Shown: positions 1-11,197, numbered from the stretch's first letter. The stretch is DNA of 64,000 nucleotides from Woeseiaceae bacterium (GCA_965224505.1 CBDCZL010000018.1:2963847-3027846), one strand, 5' to 3'. The notes: generated from the sequence alone by a model not told the origin. Translations and numbers: made by a program.

Positions 1-26
1 GACTGACCCTCCCTGATTTCGCCAGC

Positions 27-1172
27 ATGAGCCGAGCAATAGCGCGAGAAGCGCCATTCGCTATCCGGCGAATCCTGTCTGGGCGTCAAAAAATCCGAAG
101 AGTGCAGATTATTTGGCTGGCGTTGCTCCTTCAAGTTGACAGCAATTTGGCTTTGGCAGAATCGCCGCTAAATTTTCACGGCCAGAATATCGAAGTCATC
201 GTACCTTACATGCCAGGAGGCGGTACCGATACCTGGGTGCGCACAGTGGCACCGCATCTCAGCAACCATTTGCCCGGCAAGCCCGAAATCGTTGTCGTCA
301 ACGCCCCCGGAGGGAACGCGACCACGGCCGCAAACGTGTATGCCGAGGAGGCACAACCTGACGGTAGATCGGTGCTCGTTACTGCCTCATCCAATCAGCT
401 TTCATACCTGTTAGGCGACTCGCGGGTGCGCTACGACTTCGGTCAGTGGCGAGCTTTGCTGGCTTATCGGGCGGGCGCTATCGTATACACCGGCAAGGAC
501 ATGGGTGTAGAAAACATCCAACAGTTTTTGAAGAAACCGAACAAGCATGTCGTAATGGCAAGCATGGGCGTCACGTCCGACGACCTCTTCGTTCTGATGG
601 CCTTCGACATGCTTGATGTCAACGTCAGTTCAATATTCGGTACCCGTGGAAGGGGCCGTGCGAGAGCACTTTTTGAACGAGGTGAAGCCAATATAGATTT
701 TCAGACCACAGCGGCTTACATGGCCTACGTGAAGCCTAAGGAAAGCAGCGGGGAGATCGTTCCTCTGTTTACATTGGGGTCATTCGACGACGCTTTAACC
801 TACGTTCGCGATCCGATGTTTCCGGAGTTGCCGAATCTAGCCGAAGTCTACGAATACGTTCACGGGAAGCCGCCTGAGGGTGAAGCCTGGGATGCGTGGA
901 TATCGCTGTATCGCGCCGGCTATGGCTCGCTTAAGTCATTGGTTATTCCAAAAGACACGCCGGATTCGATTGTTGCAGCGTACGACGAAGCCACGTTGCG
1001 CATGATTAACGATCCGGAGTTCATTGCTTCCGTTTCCGACAATCTAGGGCATCGAAGCATGCTGAATGGCGCTGACGCTAGTGAGCTCTTGCGTCTGCGC
1101 ACTACACTCCCCGATGAAACGCGACGGTGGATTGTCAGTTGGATCCTTGAACGCTACGGCATTCGGCTCTGA
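27..1172 (+). CDS. Bug/TctC-family tripartite tricarboxylate transporter substrate-binding protein
   Basis: 381-aa ORF. A hydrophobic N-terminal segment is followed by the motif VPYMPGGGTDTWVR, typical of Bug/TctC periplasmic binding proteins. Confidence 0.65.
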   Translation: MSRAIAREAPFAIRRILSGRQKIRRVQIIWLALLLQVDSNLALAESPLNFHGQNIEVIVPYMPGGGTDTWVRTVAPHLSNHLPGKPEIVVVNAPGGNATTAANVYAEEAQPDGRSVLVTASSNQLSYLLGDSRVRYDFGQWRALLAYRAGAIVYTGKDMGVENIQQFLKKPNKHVVMASMGVTSDDLFVLMAFDMLDVNVSSIFGTRGRGRARALFERGEANIDFQTTAAYMAYVKPKESSGEIVPLFTLGSFDDALTYVRDPMFPELPNLAEVYEYVHGKPPEGEAWDAWISLYRAGYGSLKSLVIPKDTPDSIVAAYDEATLRMINDPEFIASVSDNLGHRSMLNGADASELLRLRTTLPDETRRWIVSWILERYGIRL

Positions 1173-1316
1173 CTACCCGCAAGCCAGTTTCCCCTAAATA
1201 TTGCCAGGCCGAAAGCTTTCTGAAAGCTTCTTGCGAATAGACTCGGCAAGTGTCAAATGGGTTCCCGCGGTTTTTTTTGGAGCCAACAAGATACTAATTC
1301 ACCTCGAGGGGGAAAT

Positions 1317-4154
1317 ATGAATACCATCACGAAAAGGGCTCGCGTTGCGACGACCGCAATTGCCTCGGCCGTCGCAGGAGCAGTCAGTTTGCTACCTGTC
1401 ACAGTGAATGCGCAAGAATCCGACGTCGTCCTGGAAGAAGTTATCGTAACCGGGTCGAATATTCGACGCGCTCGCGACTTTGAAACACCGTCACCAATCG
1501 AAACGGTCGGAATGGAAGAAATCTCGTCCGCTGGCGTGGGGCAGATGCAGGACCTGCTAAAAGTGTTGCCGGCGAATGCAGGTTCCGATCTAGCAGGTAA
1601 CCGCGAAGCGCAGGGGACGTCCCAGTTCAGCCTTCGCGGGCTGGGTGTCGGTGGTACGCTGACACTGATCAACGGACGCCGGGCCGGTCTGTCGCCGATT
1701 TCCACCTCTCAGGGGTTCTTTTACACCGACATCAACCAGTATCCGACCAACATGATCCAAAGCGTCGAGGTGCTCAAGGATGGTGCTTCCGCTACTTACG
1801 GCTCCGATGCGGTGGGTGGTGTAGTCAACATCATGACCCGCTCAAGCTTTGAGGGTCTGGAGATTGGTGGCGAGTACCGCGATAACGAGAACAACCCAGC
1901 AAATAGCCTGAACGCGGCTTTTGGCCACGCGTTCGATGATGGACATTTCTCTGTGTTTGCCAACTACTACAGTCAAGAGGGCGGGGCCCGCGGTGACTAC
2001 GACTGGTTAGTCAATCGATCTGGCGGCAGGTCATTTGATCCATCGGAGAACCTTTTCGATTCTTCGACAGGTGCCGGGCGCTATAACGCAGCGATTGACT
2101 CGGATGGTGATGGTTTTTATGAACGCACTGGTGGGACCGCGATCGACGCGCACTGTGGGCAACCAGGTGCCATGAGTGGTTTTGTCAACACGTTTGCTGA
2201 CGGCACCAACTGTCGCTATATCTTCCTCGATCAGCGCGCCCTGATTGGCGATGAAACCCGCCTGCAGTCGTTTGCGCAGTTTGATTACAATCTGTCTAAT
2301 GAAACCAGAATCTTTGCGGAAGCCAGTTTCTCCAGCAACGAGGTTGTCGATATTATTGGTGGCGCGCCGATGGACATCCGGACCGATGATGGCGGGTTCT
2401 TCATACCGGCGGCCCATCCATTCAACTACTTTGTGGACGACGGTGCAGGCGGAATTGTCTGGGATGAAGCAGCCGTTGCCGCCGATCCCAGCCTTGCTGT
2501 CGACGTGATCTTCCGCGGTCGTCCGCTGACCAATTTTGACGGCGATCTGGCTGAAGACATTGAGAAGAATTTTGAGAACTCTCGCTTAGCGTTCGGATTT
2601 GATACCAACCTGAATGATAACTGGAGCCTCTACGCGTCGGCTATGTTCGCGCACTCAGTAATGACAGATGTGCTGCCCCGCAACTGGAACCCCACGAAGT
2701 TCCGCGAGGCCATTGCCAGTGGGCGTTGGAATCCGTTCGGTATTGGTTGGGCTGACCCGAACGCCATATCTGTCAAAGATGGCGTGACCACCGCTGGTAA
2801 CACAATTTTCGGTCCTTATACCGATACAGATCTCGGCCAGTTTGCTGCCTACCGCACCTTCGTGCGTGAGTCCGACCAGCTGGTCTTCGAGGCGACTCTC
2901 AGTGGTGACCTGTTCGAGCTGAATGGCAATACTGTAGTAGGTGCTTTTGGTGCCCAGTATCGCGAAACAGATTACAGCGAGATCGCAGATAGCTCACAGA
3001 CCTTCCAGCAGGGTGCTTTCGAAGACTTTGTCTTCTCAATCAACGGTGCTTCACAGGATGTTTATGCGATCTACGGTGAAGTCATTGTCCCGGTTAGTGA
3101 CACGTTCGAACTACAGGCGGCACTGCGCTACGAAGACTACGGTGACGACGAAGGTGGTGACACCACAGATCCGAAGGTTGGATTCCGCTGGTTGGCCAGC
3201 GATACCGTGCAGCTGCGCGGTTCCTACGGAACATCATTCCAGGCGCCTTCCGTGCGAAACGTTGCCGGTGCCGGCGGCGGTGGATCACTGGCCGACCCAA
3301 TTACCTCTGCCGTATTTGCCGGAGGCCCTGGTTCCGCCTGTGACACGAGCGTGGTAGACACCTTTAACGTAACAACAACAACACTAGGTGGTGATCTGGA
3401 ACCGCAGGCGGCGACCAACTTCAATCTCGGCGTTGTACTCACAACCGATTCATTTACGGGCTCCATAGATTATTGGAACTACGACTACGAAGAGTTGATC
3501 GGCCCCGGCCAGTCTGCCGCGTCTATACTGATTAATGAGTGCAGCAATGGTCAGTATGTGCCGGATCCACGCGTTTCTCGAGACAGCAACGGCCAGGTCG
3601 TCTCGGTTGTCAACTCATTCACAAACCTCGGAGGAGTCAAAGCAGACGGCTTGGATCTGTCCGGCACCTATATATTTGACGACGTGGCTGGTGGTGAGTT
3701 AGGGCTGAATGCGAACCTAACTTACATCACCAATTACGACGTCGATTCGGGTGATGGTAGCCCGACCTTTGATGGTCTCAACAATCGTAACGCTTCATTC
3801 GGCCAGTTAGGGTCCGTACCCGATACGCGCCTGAATGTCGGTCTCGACTGGCGCAACGACAAGCACGCGTTTAGCCTGTGGGCGCGTCACATCGGCGGTT
3901 ACGATGATCGCTCTCCAAGCAACGAATTTGAGGGAATTGACGCACTTACAGTTCTGGATGTCCAATACATGCTTTCATTGGATGGCCTGTTTGGTGACGG
4001 TGTAACCGATTTGAGCGTTGGCGTTAACAACCTGACAGATGAAGATCCGCCAGCGATTGATCGGGCAAGTGCCAGTGGGCGCCGAGCTTTCGACAGCCAG
4101 GTACATGATCCGCGAGGACAAATTATCTATCTGCGACTGAAGCATACGTTCTAG
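1317..4154 (+). CDS. TonB-dependent receptor
   Basis: ORF 1257..4154. The likely start is the ATG at 1317 (MNTITKRARV..., signal peptide ending VNAQE). It has a plug motif (EEVIVTGSNIRR, DGASATYGSDAVGGVVNI) and a C-terminal beta-barrel ending in ...YLRLKHTF. Confidence 0.9.
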   Translation: MNTITKRARVATTAIASAVAGAVSLLPVTVNAQESDVVLEEVIVTGSNIRRARDFETPSPIETVGMEEISSAGVGQMQDLLKVLPANAGSDLAGNREAQGTSQFSLRGLGVGGTLTLINGRRAGLSPISTSQGFFYTDINQYPTNMIQSVEVLKDGASATYGSDAVGGVVNIMTRSSFEGLEIGGEYRDNENNPANSLNAAFGHAFDDGHFSVFANYYSQEGGARGDYDWLVNRSGGRSFDPSENLFDSSTGAGRYNAAIDSDGDGFYERTGGTAIDAHCGQPGAMSGFVNTFADGTNCRYIFLDQRALIGDETRLQSFAQFDYNLSNETRIFAEASFSSNEVVDIIGGAPMDIRTDDGGFFIPAAHPFNYFVDDGAGGIVWDEAAVAADPSLAVDVIFRGRPLTNFDGDLAEDIEKNFENSRLAFGFDTNLNDNWSLYASAMFAHSVMTDVLPRNWNPTKFREAIASGRWNPFGIGWADPNAISVKDGVTTAGNTIFGPYTDTDLGQFAAYRTFVRESDQLVFEATLSGDLFELNGNTVVGAFGAQYRETDYSEIADSSQTFQQGAFEDFVFSINGASQDVYAIYGEVIVPVSDTFELQAALRYEDYGDDEGGDTTDPKVGFRWLASDTVQLRGSYGTSFQAPSVRNVAGAGGGGSLADPITSAVFAGGPGSACDTSVVDTFNVTTTTLGGDLEPQAATNFNLGVVLTTDSFTGSIDYWNYDYEELIGPGQSAASILINECSNGQYVPDPRVSRDSNGQVVSVVNSFTNLGGVKADGLDLSGTYIFDDVAGGELGLNANLTYITNYDVDSGDGSPTFDGLNNRNASFGQLGSVPDTRLNVGLDWRNDKHAFSLWARHIGGYDDRSPSNEFEGIDALTVLDVQYMLSLDGLFGDGVTDLSVGVNNLTDEDPPAIDRASASGRRAFDSQVHDPRGQIIYLRLKHTF

Positions 4155-4197
4155 TAGCATTAGGCAAAGAAGCTGGAACAGAGAGGGGAGTGTTATC

Positions 4198-4752
4198 ATG
4201 GCATTTGTCGTGATGCACTCCCCGACTTCAATTGGAATGGATAGACCGCCTCTCTCTCTCGCTCCGAATAGTTTTGTAGTGATAGCAGCCTTTTGCATAC
4301 TTCATCCGCAGGTTTCTTGGGCTGAGTGCAACGCGCTGCAACAAATAGTGGACTGCTCGGAGATTGTTGACGAAATGCAGCGCTTGCATTGTTACGACGA
4401 CATCGTTAACAAGATTGAGGAAGATCCCCGGCGCTCTGTCTTAACCGCGGCCTCGGCCGCCGAAACCGTGCAGTCCGATGTTTCTCTAGGCGAAAAGTAC
4501 CTAACGATTGACGAGCCGCACCAGTCAGGTCTAGAAAGCACCATGCAGCTTGTACAGGCTTACAAGGACAAACAAGAGTTGTGGGTATTCGAGTTTGAAA
4601 ACGGCCAGATCTGGCAGCAACTGGAAGCACGCTACCTCTCTGTGCCTAAAGACTACCCCGCCGCCGTCACGATTTCGCAAGGCGTATTCGGTAGCTACGA
4701 TCTTCGCATCGGAGAGTCCGGGCGGACGATCAAAGTGAAACGCCTGCATTAG
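4198..4752 (+). CDS. Secreted hypothetical protein
   Basis: 184-aa ORF directly downstream of the receptor, with an internal signal-like segment (FVVIAAFCILHPQVSWA). No family was recognised. Confidence 0.4.
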   Translation: MAFVVMHSPTSIGMDRPPLSLAPNSFVVIAAFCILHPQVSWAECNALQQIVDCSEIVDEMQRLHCYDDIVNKIEEDPRRSVLTAASAAETVQSDVSLGEKYLTIDEPHQSGLESTMQLVQAYKDKQELWVFEFENGQIWQQLEARYLSVPKDYPAAVTISQGVFGSYDLRIGESGRTIKVKRLH

Positions 4753-4994
4753 TGGGTTCGATTCGAGCAATTCTCACCCACCGTCGAATACTCAGTACGA
4801 AACAGCAGTCCAACGATAATGGGCCAATGCGACGCACTCGCGCTTGGCAAGATTGGCGTTCCGCCCGTTCTCGCGTCATCCGTTGGTGCGAACCTGAAAT
4901 TCCGTGCATCGACCGACAGACAACCGTTTTAAGGCGTATAGTCGGCAGGCTACTTTGTTTCTCGAGTTACTGGTGACCCTGCCACTGGCAAGTC

Positions 4995-5690
4995 CTAGAT
5001 AGCGAGTCCAGCTCCTGCAGTTACATCCGTCGACCCTGACTCCAGAAAAGGGCGGAGTCTCTCAACCATTCTAAACGCGACAATCGTGGGTAGCCAAAAC
5101 AAGAGAAATGGTGGGACACCGACATAATTGGTGTCTCGCCCCGCCCGTGTCAGAAGAAATCGGCTATCCACTTCGCCGACCATGTTGAGCATCCAGTTGA
5201 CCCGCTCGGTACAAGAGAATGGATCACACTCGCGATCACAACGATGGTCCATCTCACCAGGGAAACAGCGGCCGTCCAGTATTTCGGCGACCGTCCCCAG
5301 CACTCTCCTCGTAATTCGGTGTGTGAGATACGGTAACGGGTTTGTTAGCAGGTCCTCAAACCAAGTGTCCGCGAGAAGGGAAAAGGCTGTCGGGCGAGTT
5401 TTCGGCGCAACCCAAAGATCTGCATCACAGTTTCGACAGAATTGCTCAAGATTTCGCCGCAAGTCGCCGATCCCATCGTTGCCGCCGCAATGCGGGCAGC
5501 CTACTCCTTGAAGGGGGGTGCGGTGTTGTACGCAGTTCTTGATGTATGGAACAGCCCAAGATCTGCGATAATATGCAACACCAAACTCGGCGATTTGGTC
5601 GCGAAAGCAAGCAGGACAGAACCGTATTCGAACATGCGCGGGGTGTTTGCGAATTTGTTCTAGGCCGGCGCTCACTGCAGGTGCTCGCAT
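4995..5690 (-). CDS. TniQ-like protein, apparently missing the N-terminal TniQ domain
   Basis: The Cys-rich region RFCPACF...CVQHRTPL...CPHCGG...CRNCD resembles the zinc-ribbon part of TniQ/TnsD-family proteins. It begins only about 25 residues into the ORF. No tnsABC/tniAB genes are adjacent. Confidence 0.35.
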   Translation of the reverse strand: MRAPAVSAGLEQIRKHPAHVRIRFCPACFRDQIAEFGVAYYRRSWAVPYIKNCVQHRTPLQGVGCPHCGGNDGIGDLRRNLEQFCRNCDADLWVAPKTRPTAFSLLADTWFEDLLTNPLPYLTHRITRRVLGTVAEILDGRCFPGEMDHRCDRECDPFSCTERVNWMLNMVGEVDSRFLLTRAGRDTNYVGVPPFLLFWLPTIVAFRMVERLRPFLESGSTDVTAGAGLAI

Positions 5691-5710
5691 TGGGCGTCTC
5701 TTGGCACGTA

Positions 5711-5935
5711 TTGGCCACGATATCGACCGTGTTGCTTCTGGTGCTCGTCATCGCCCTGCCTGGTGCGCTGATCCCAAAGCTCCTGGTATCAGGGGCGCTT
5801 ACAGCGTTCTTCGTGTACTCACTCGCGCTAATCAACGCGTTGACCATTCGCCAGTACCTCGCCCTTCCGTCACTGGCGGTCATTTGCACCGCGATGGAGC
5901 GATCGATTGCGCCTCCGTTAAAGGTGGTCGGTTAG
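5711..5935 (+). CDS. Possible small membrane protein
   Basis: Hydrophobic ORF segment (LATISTVLLLVLVIALPGALIPKLLVSGALTAFFVYSLALI...). The TTG start is a guess. Its stop lies 2 nt before the next small ORF. Confidence 0.2.
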   Translation: MATISTVLLLVLVIALPGALIPKLLVSGALTAFFVYSLALINALTIRQYLALPSLAVICTAMERSIAPPLKVVG

Positions 5936-5937
5936 CC

Positions 5938-6144
5938 ATGGAGACGGCAATCCAAGGTCTTCTCGGCCTTCTATTCTGGATAGTTCTGGCTGCCGTAGTT
6001 TTCGTTCTGCCAACGTGGCTGTTATGGAATTGGTTGATGCCGAGCCTGTTCGACTTGCCGGAGATCACGTTCTTCCAGAGTCTCGGGCTCATTCTCCTAT
6101 GCGGAATGCTGTTTAGGAGTTCGGTGAAGGTGTCGGTCAACTAG
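5938..6144 (+). CDS. Small two-TM membrane protein
   Basis: The ATG at 5938 gives a 68-aa product, METAIQGLLGLLFWIVLAAVVFVLPTWLLWNWLM...LGLILLCGMLF, with two clear hydrophobic helices. It lies upstream of the AAA/S8 pair. Confidence 0.35.
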   Translation: METAIQGLLGLLFWIVLAAVVFVLPTWLLWNWLMPSLFDLPEITFFQSLGLILLCGMLFRSSVKVSVN

Positions 6145-6407
6145 GGCCAAGGTTGAGATTGGCGAAGCAGGTCAGTCTGGTCGTAGAAAACGCCTACCGT
6201 ATAGACCGTTCGAAACTGCGCGCTCGCGTATCGGTCCATCGATGAGACCCCACTATTCTGGTCAAGAGTTGAGCAATCCCGCTCCCATTTCGAATATCCC
6301 GTGTCGATTTCATCGAATCCGGGGACATTTTCTCGAAACGGGGTTAGTATGGGCTACACTTCAATCGGATAGGTGGCCTCAAGAATGCCATTTGAAATGG
6401 AAAGCTA

Positions 6408-7430
6408 GTGGCTAGAGCGGACCTAATACTTGATCTAGTTAAGGCTGGTGTCAAAGGTGACACCGACGCTGTTCGGGTGTCGGCGTCTGCTATCGCGGCT
6501 GATGAGCGCGCCAAGCGTCATTCAGGAGTGGCCGACCGAATCACCCGAATTCTTGACTGGCAGCCATCGCCCGGTTCGAACGGGCAGGCGAATCGAACGG
6601 GCCTGAAAGTTCGAGATGGCTCGGGTGGAATACTGCGGAAAGAACCGCAACGATCTATGCACGAATTGTTCCTAACGAAGCATGTTCAGCAGTCATGTAA
6701 GGAACTTGTAGAAGAGCAACATCGTGCCGACGTCCTGCGAGCGTCTGGGCTGGAACCGCGCCATCGTTTGCTGCTTGTTGGGCCGCCAGGCAATGGCAAA
6801 ACTTCCCTAGCGGAAGGGCTCGCTTATGAGCTTGCGCTGCCGCTCTTTGTGGTTCGTTACGATGCTGTAGTTACCAGCTATCTTGGTGAGACCGCACAGC
6901 GATTGCGCCGACTATTCGACTTCGTACGTACAGAGCCGTGTGTGCTCTTTTTTGATGAGTTTGACGCGATTGGAAAAGAACGTGGTGATCTGCACGAGAC
7001 AGGCGAGATCAAGCGAGTCGTAACTACGTTGTTGCTGCAGTTGGATGACCTGCCTTCTTATTGTGTGGTCGTTGGCGCTACAAACCATCCTGAGCTACTG
7101 GATCGCGCCGCATGGCGCCGTTTCGAGATCCGGTTACAGCTTGGCACTCCAAGCGACTCTCAGATGACTGAGTATATGTCTGAGCAACTGAAACGGCTTG
7201 AAGGCAATCCTGGGTACAGTGGGAAAAGACTCCAGGATCAGGTTAGCGCCAAGAGTTACGCGGAAGCCGAGGAGTTCTTTCTAGATGTTCGTCGCCGATG
7301 GACACTGAATCAAGGGCGAGCTTCTCTGCGATCAATTATCGATGATCGAGTACGCGCGTGGAGCGAGTTGAGATCTGACGCACTGGATGCGACTGTAGAT
7401 GCCGGACAGGCCAATACTTCGACTGATTAA
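6408..7430 (+). CDS. ietA: AAA+ ATPase, IetA-like partner of an S8 protease
   Basis: Walker A LLLVGPPGNGKTS and Walker B VLFFDEFDAIG, with a classic AAA second region (ATNHPELLDRAAWRRF). It overlaps the start of the downstream S8 peptidase gene by 32 nt. This is the same two-gene architecture as the published IetAS defence system. Confidence 0.6.
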   Translation: MARADLILDLVKAGVKGDTDAVRVSASAIAADERAKRHSGVADRITRILDWQPSPGSNGQANRTGLKVRDGSGGILRKEPQRSMHELFLTKHVQQSCKELVEEQHRADVLRASGLEPRHRLLLVGPPGNGKTSLAEGLAYELALPLFVVRYDAVVTSYLGETAQRLRRLFDFVRTEPCVLFFDEFDAIGKERGDLHETGEIKRVVTTLLLQLDDLPSYCVVVGATNHPELLDRAAWRRFEIRLQLGTPSDSQMTEYMSEQLKRLEGNPGYSGKRLQDQVSAKSYAEAEEFFLDVRRRWTLNQGRASLRSIIDDRVRAWSELRSDALDATVDAGQANTSTD

Positions 7431-9537
7431 GTCGACGCCAGCTGGGCGAATAAGGGGAAAGCGACGGAGCTTTCCGCAGGCGAAAGGGCCCGGTCATGAG
7501 GCTCAGGCAGAGCGGTTTCGCCCGACGTTTAATCGATTGCAAGCGGCACTACGAGCGGACAATCCTGCCGTCGAACTTCGGCAAGACCCGGCGGGAATCG
7601 CACCTGAACGAGCGCTAGTGTTTGAGACTGCCGGTCCTGTATCCCAATTTGCCAAAGTGGCTCGAGCTGTTGGAATCGAGCTTTTTTCTGAAATTGATCT
7701 CGATGAAACGGACGAGTTCCCAGACGGATTTGAACCACCAGCCAACCGAACGACTATTGGCCCAACATTCTACGCAACGATGCCGACGTTGGATTCCCTC
7801 GAGCAGTTGGTTCGGCTAAGAGGAGCATACGAACGTGGGGAGACTGCACCGACTGGAAGTGCGCCTTGGTGGAAACTGTTCGATTTGCTACTGGATTTGA
7901 GGCCGTGGGGCCCGGAGGATAGGTTTTCGGAAGGCGCGCGGGTAGCGGTAAGCGAGCGCTTGCCCGACGATGACGAAGCCGAGACCGTTCTGGAACTCGA
8001 GATCTGGCCGACGAAAAACACTGCCAGACGAGCCCAGTGGCGACGTGAAGTTGAAGCCAAGATCCACGCGCTGAATGGCCGCGTGCTCGATCAGAGCTCG
8101 ATTGATTCTGACGATTTTGTCTACGAAGCAGTGTTGGCGGGCTTAAGCACGGGATCCGTGCGTACTCTCATCGAGAACCCACATCTAGTTGACGGACTCG
8201 CAACGGTCGAAGGAATTCAGTTCATCCTACCGCAGACAATCGCCCAAGCTCCTCCTTCTGATACAGGGGATGGAGACGAGCTTCGCGAATCAGAAGCCAA
8301 TGGCAATTTCGATGCTGGCGCACCAATACGTGCAGTCTTATTTGATGGCACACCTGTTGCCGCCCATCCCGCGTTGGAAGGCGGCATTCAGATCGAGGAC
8401 ATCCACGATCTGGTGCGCTTGTCGCAAGTCGAACAGCGCTATCACGCGACCTCAATGGCGTCCCTTATTCTGCGCGGTGACCTCGAGGCTGACGGTGCTG
8501 CATTGGTTGGCTCACGCCTTGCCTCCGTACCAGTTCTGGTTGATGCTGAGGAGGGAGCTTCTTCACCGCCGCACCGGCTATTCGTCGACATCCTGCACAC
8601 CTCACTATTGCGGTTATTCAAGGGAGAGCAACCGCTCACCCCAGAAGCATTCGTCGTAAATCTGTCGATCGGGACATTTCAAAGTCAATTCGCGGGTCAG
8701 ATAAGCGCGTTGGCACGGTTGCTGGATTGGTGGTCATGGAAAGAGGGCGTGTTGTTTGTAATATCTATAGGCAACATTGTTGATGACCTGATCCTCGACG
8801 GCGTAAACGCACATGACCTTGAAGTCGCAGATTCTGAAGCACGCAAAACGGAGATTCGCACTGCGCTTCGTGATCTTATGTACGATCGGACGTTACTATC
8901 GCCGTCGGAATCAATAAACGGCATCTCTGTAGGCGCGGTTTCCGAGGACTTGGCGGAAAACAACCCGCCGGAGATAGCGAGTATTCTTCGCTACGAATCG
9001 CCTGGGGACCTCCTGCCTCCAGTATCTAATGCAATTGGGCTCGGGCCGAGACGCTGCCTGAAGCCGGACATATTAGTGCCAGGAGGTATTCAGGAATTTC
9101 GAGTGTGGCCGGACAACGAGAGCACACGACTAAGACTGCTGAACTCGTCTCAGCGCACCGGACTCAATGTCGCCGCGCCTCACCCAGACGGAGGTTCGAC
9201 CGTACGTCTTGCCCGAGGCACTAGTTGCGCTGCGGCGCTAACGACGCGCGCACTGGTGCAATCATCCGATGCGCTCACCGGTGAGGACGGCCCATTCGAG
9301 GGGCGTGAGCTGAATAGGCGCGACTATGCTTTGTTGACCCGCGCTCTAGCGGTGAATTCTGCGAGATGGCCTCAAAGCGCCGAGGACTTCTACGAAGCAG
9401 AAAAAGAACGCGTTGGTTGGCGCAGGAGTTCGCTAGCAAAGACCGAAACTGCGAGGTTTTTTGGCCACGGGGTAATGGCGCCGAGACTGATGACCGAATC
9501 TCCAGACCTTGGCGTCACGTTGGTTGGTCTCGGAGAC

Positions 9538-9545
9538 GTTCGAAA
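9538..9545. repeat. Target-site duplication GTTCGAAA (left copy) of the IS66 insertion
   Basis: This 8-mer is identical to 11955..11962 and immediately abuts the IS terminal repeat. Confidence 0.9.
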
Positions 9546-9631
9546 GTAACCGGCCATTCTGCACCGTTATTGCGGCACCCAGGACGATTATGTACCCGGT
9601 GCGTGGCGATCTGTCACGCCTTCGACGCTGA

Positions 9632-11188
9632 TCAGTTCTGATCGAGATCCGAGCGCAGCGGATTGTCGGCAAACAGCTCCTTCCATTGCCTCGGCGTCAG
9701 TTCTTCAACCTGGCTGGCCGGGTGTTGAGAGATGCGCTGCAATACGTCAACCAGGTAAGTGTACGGGTTAATACCCTGTAACCGGCAGGTCACCAGCAGG
9801 CTCTGGATGATTCCGACTTGCCTGGCACCGAGTTCCGTCCAGCAGAACAACCAGTTTTTTCTGCCCATGGGGATGGGCCTCAGCGCACGCTCCAGGTGGT
9901 TGGTATCGATCGGAACCTCAGGGTCACCGAGATACACCCTCAGGGCATCGCTTCTGCCCATGGCGTATTTCAATGCCTTGCTCAGAGGATTGCTCGGAAC
10001 CAGGTCATGCCGGGTACATTGTTGCTCGCACCAGGCAAAGAACGCCGCTACCACAGGCTCGCTGTGCTTTGTCCGGTGCCTGAGCTTCGCCTCGCCCTCA
10101 AGGTTTTTCTCGCGGATAGCCTTCTCCTGAGAATACAGCTCACCGATCAGCGCAAGCGCTTGTTCTGCCGCTTCAGGCTCCGCGGCCTTCGCCTTGTCAA
10201 AATAGCGCCTCGTGTGCGCCCAACATTGCGCATGGCTCATCTTCGGCCGCTTACGGGCATAGCTCTCATACGCCTCGTAACCGTCTGTGATCAGGGTTCC
10301 TTCGAAGTTCTCGCCCAACACCTCACGCACCTGCCTTGCGGCCCGTGAGGAGGAGTAGCTGAAGGCGATTTCAGCCGCCTCCCCGTAGATCGGCCAGAAA
10401 TACGCCTGCCGCATCCTGCCCTGTTTCTTGCGACCCGCCTTGATCGGCGTCTCGTCCATGGCGAGCACACGGCTTTTGCGAATGTGTTCGAACTGCGCCA
10501 CATAGACGGGCTCCAGAAGATCGATCGCACGTCTGGCCAGATTCGTCAGTGTCGCCCGCGAAAGCGCGATGCCGCACTGGCCAAGGCGCTGGTGCTGCCG
10601 GTACAAGGGCAGGTGATAGCAGAACTTGTCCACCAGCATGCCGGCCAGGAAGCTCACATCGGCGATGCTCTTCTCCAGCACATTGGCAGGCGCCGGCGTG
10701 CTGATGAGGTCAGCCGTATCCCGCCTTTTGAAGACCGGGCGTACGTACTTCAAAACCACATAGCTGCCCGGCCTTTGCGCCAGCCGAAAGCTAACCTTCT
10801 CCGAGACCCGTTCGAGCTGATCCGGAGTGATAGCATCTTCCAGTTCGGGCTCAAGGTGAATGGTCTCGACCGGCACCGTCTCGTCAAAACGAAGGCCCTG
10901 GTCGTTGACACAGTTGTCCTTACGGGACTTCTTGCGCTCGTAAGTAATCTTCTGCTTTTCTTCTGCCGGCGGACGCGGCGTGACTTCAATGCCCAGACCC
11001 GCCAGAAGATCCGCCTGTACCGCCGGATCGATCTGCAAACGCTTTTCCGAACGCTCACCAAACAGCTGACGCCTGAACCAGTCAAGTTGCGTCGTAAGGC
11101 TTTTAACTTGTTCGGCAAGAGCCGCATTTTCAGCGAGAAGGGCCGCGGTGCTTTGTGTTCCTGTACTCACCGATGGCGCTGAACTCAT
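9632..11188 (-). CDS. tnpC: IS66-family transposase (TnpC)
   Basis: 518 aa. N-terminal leucine-zipper-like region, a central DDE region (VLAMDETPIK..., LITDGYEAY..., CWAHTRRYF) and the typical IS66 C-terminus. Confidence 0.9.
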   Translation of the reverse strand: MSSAPSVSTGTQSTAALLAENAALAEQVKSLTTQLDWFRRQLFGERSEKRLQIDPAVQADLLAGLGIEVTPRPPAEEKQKITYERKKSRKDNCVNDQGLRFDETVPVETIHLEPELEDAITPDQLERVSEKVSFRLAQRPGSYVVLKYVRPVFKRRDTADLISTPAPANVLEKSIADVSFLAGMLVDKFCYHLPLYRQHQRLGQCGIALSRATLTNLARRAIDLLEPVYVAQFEHIRKSRVLAMDETPIKAGRKKQGRMRQAYFWPIYGEAAEIAFSYSSSRAARQVREVLGENFEGTLITDGYEAYESYARKRPKMSHAQCWAHTRRYFDKAKAAEPEAAEQALALIGELYSQEKAIREKNLEGEAKLRHRTKHSEPVVAAFFAWCEQQCTRHDLVPSNPLSKALKYAMGRSDALRVYLGDPEVPIDTNHLERALRPIPMGRKNWLFCWTELGARQVGIIQSLLVTCRLQGINPYTYLVDVLQRISQHPASQVEELTPRQWKELFADNPLRSDLDQN

Positions 11189-11197
11189 GGCGGACGA

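Noticed and set aside
6389-6401. The palindrome CCATTTGAAATGG just before the ietA start, with a similar CCATTTGAATGG at 17232.
   Set aside because: There are only two short, non-identical occurrences in unrelated contexts. This is insufficient to call a regulatory motif.
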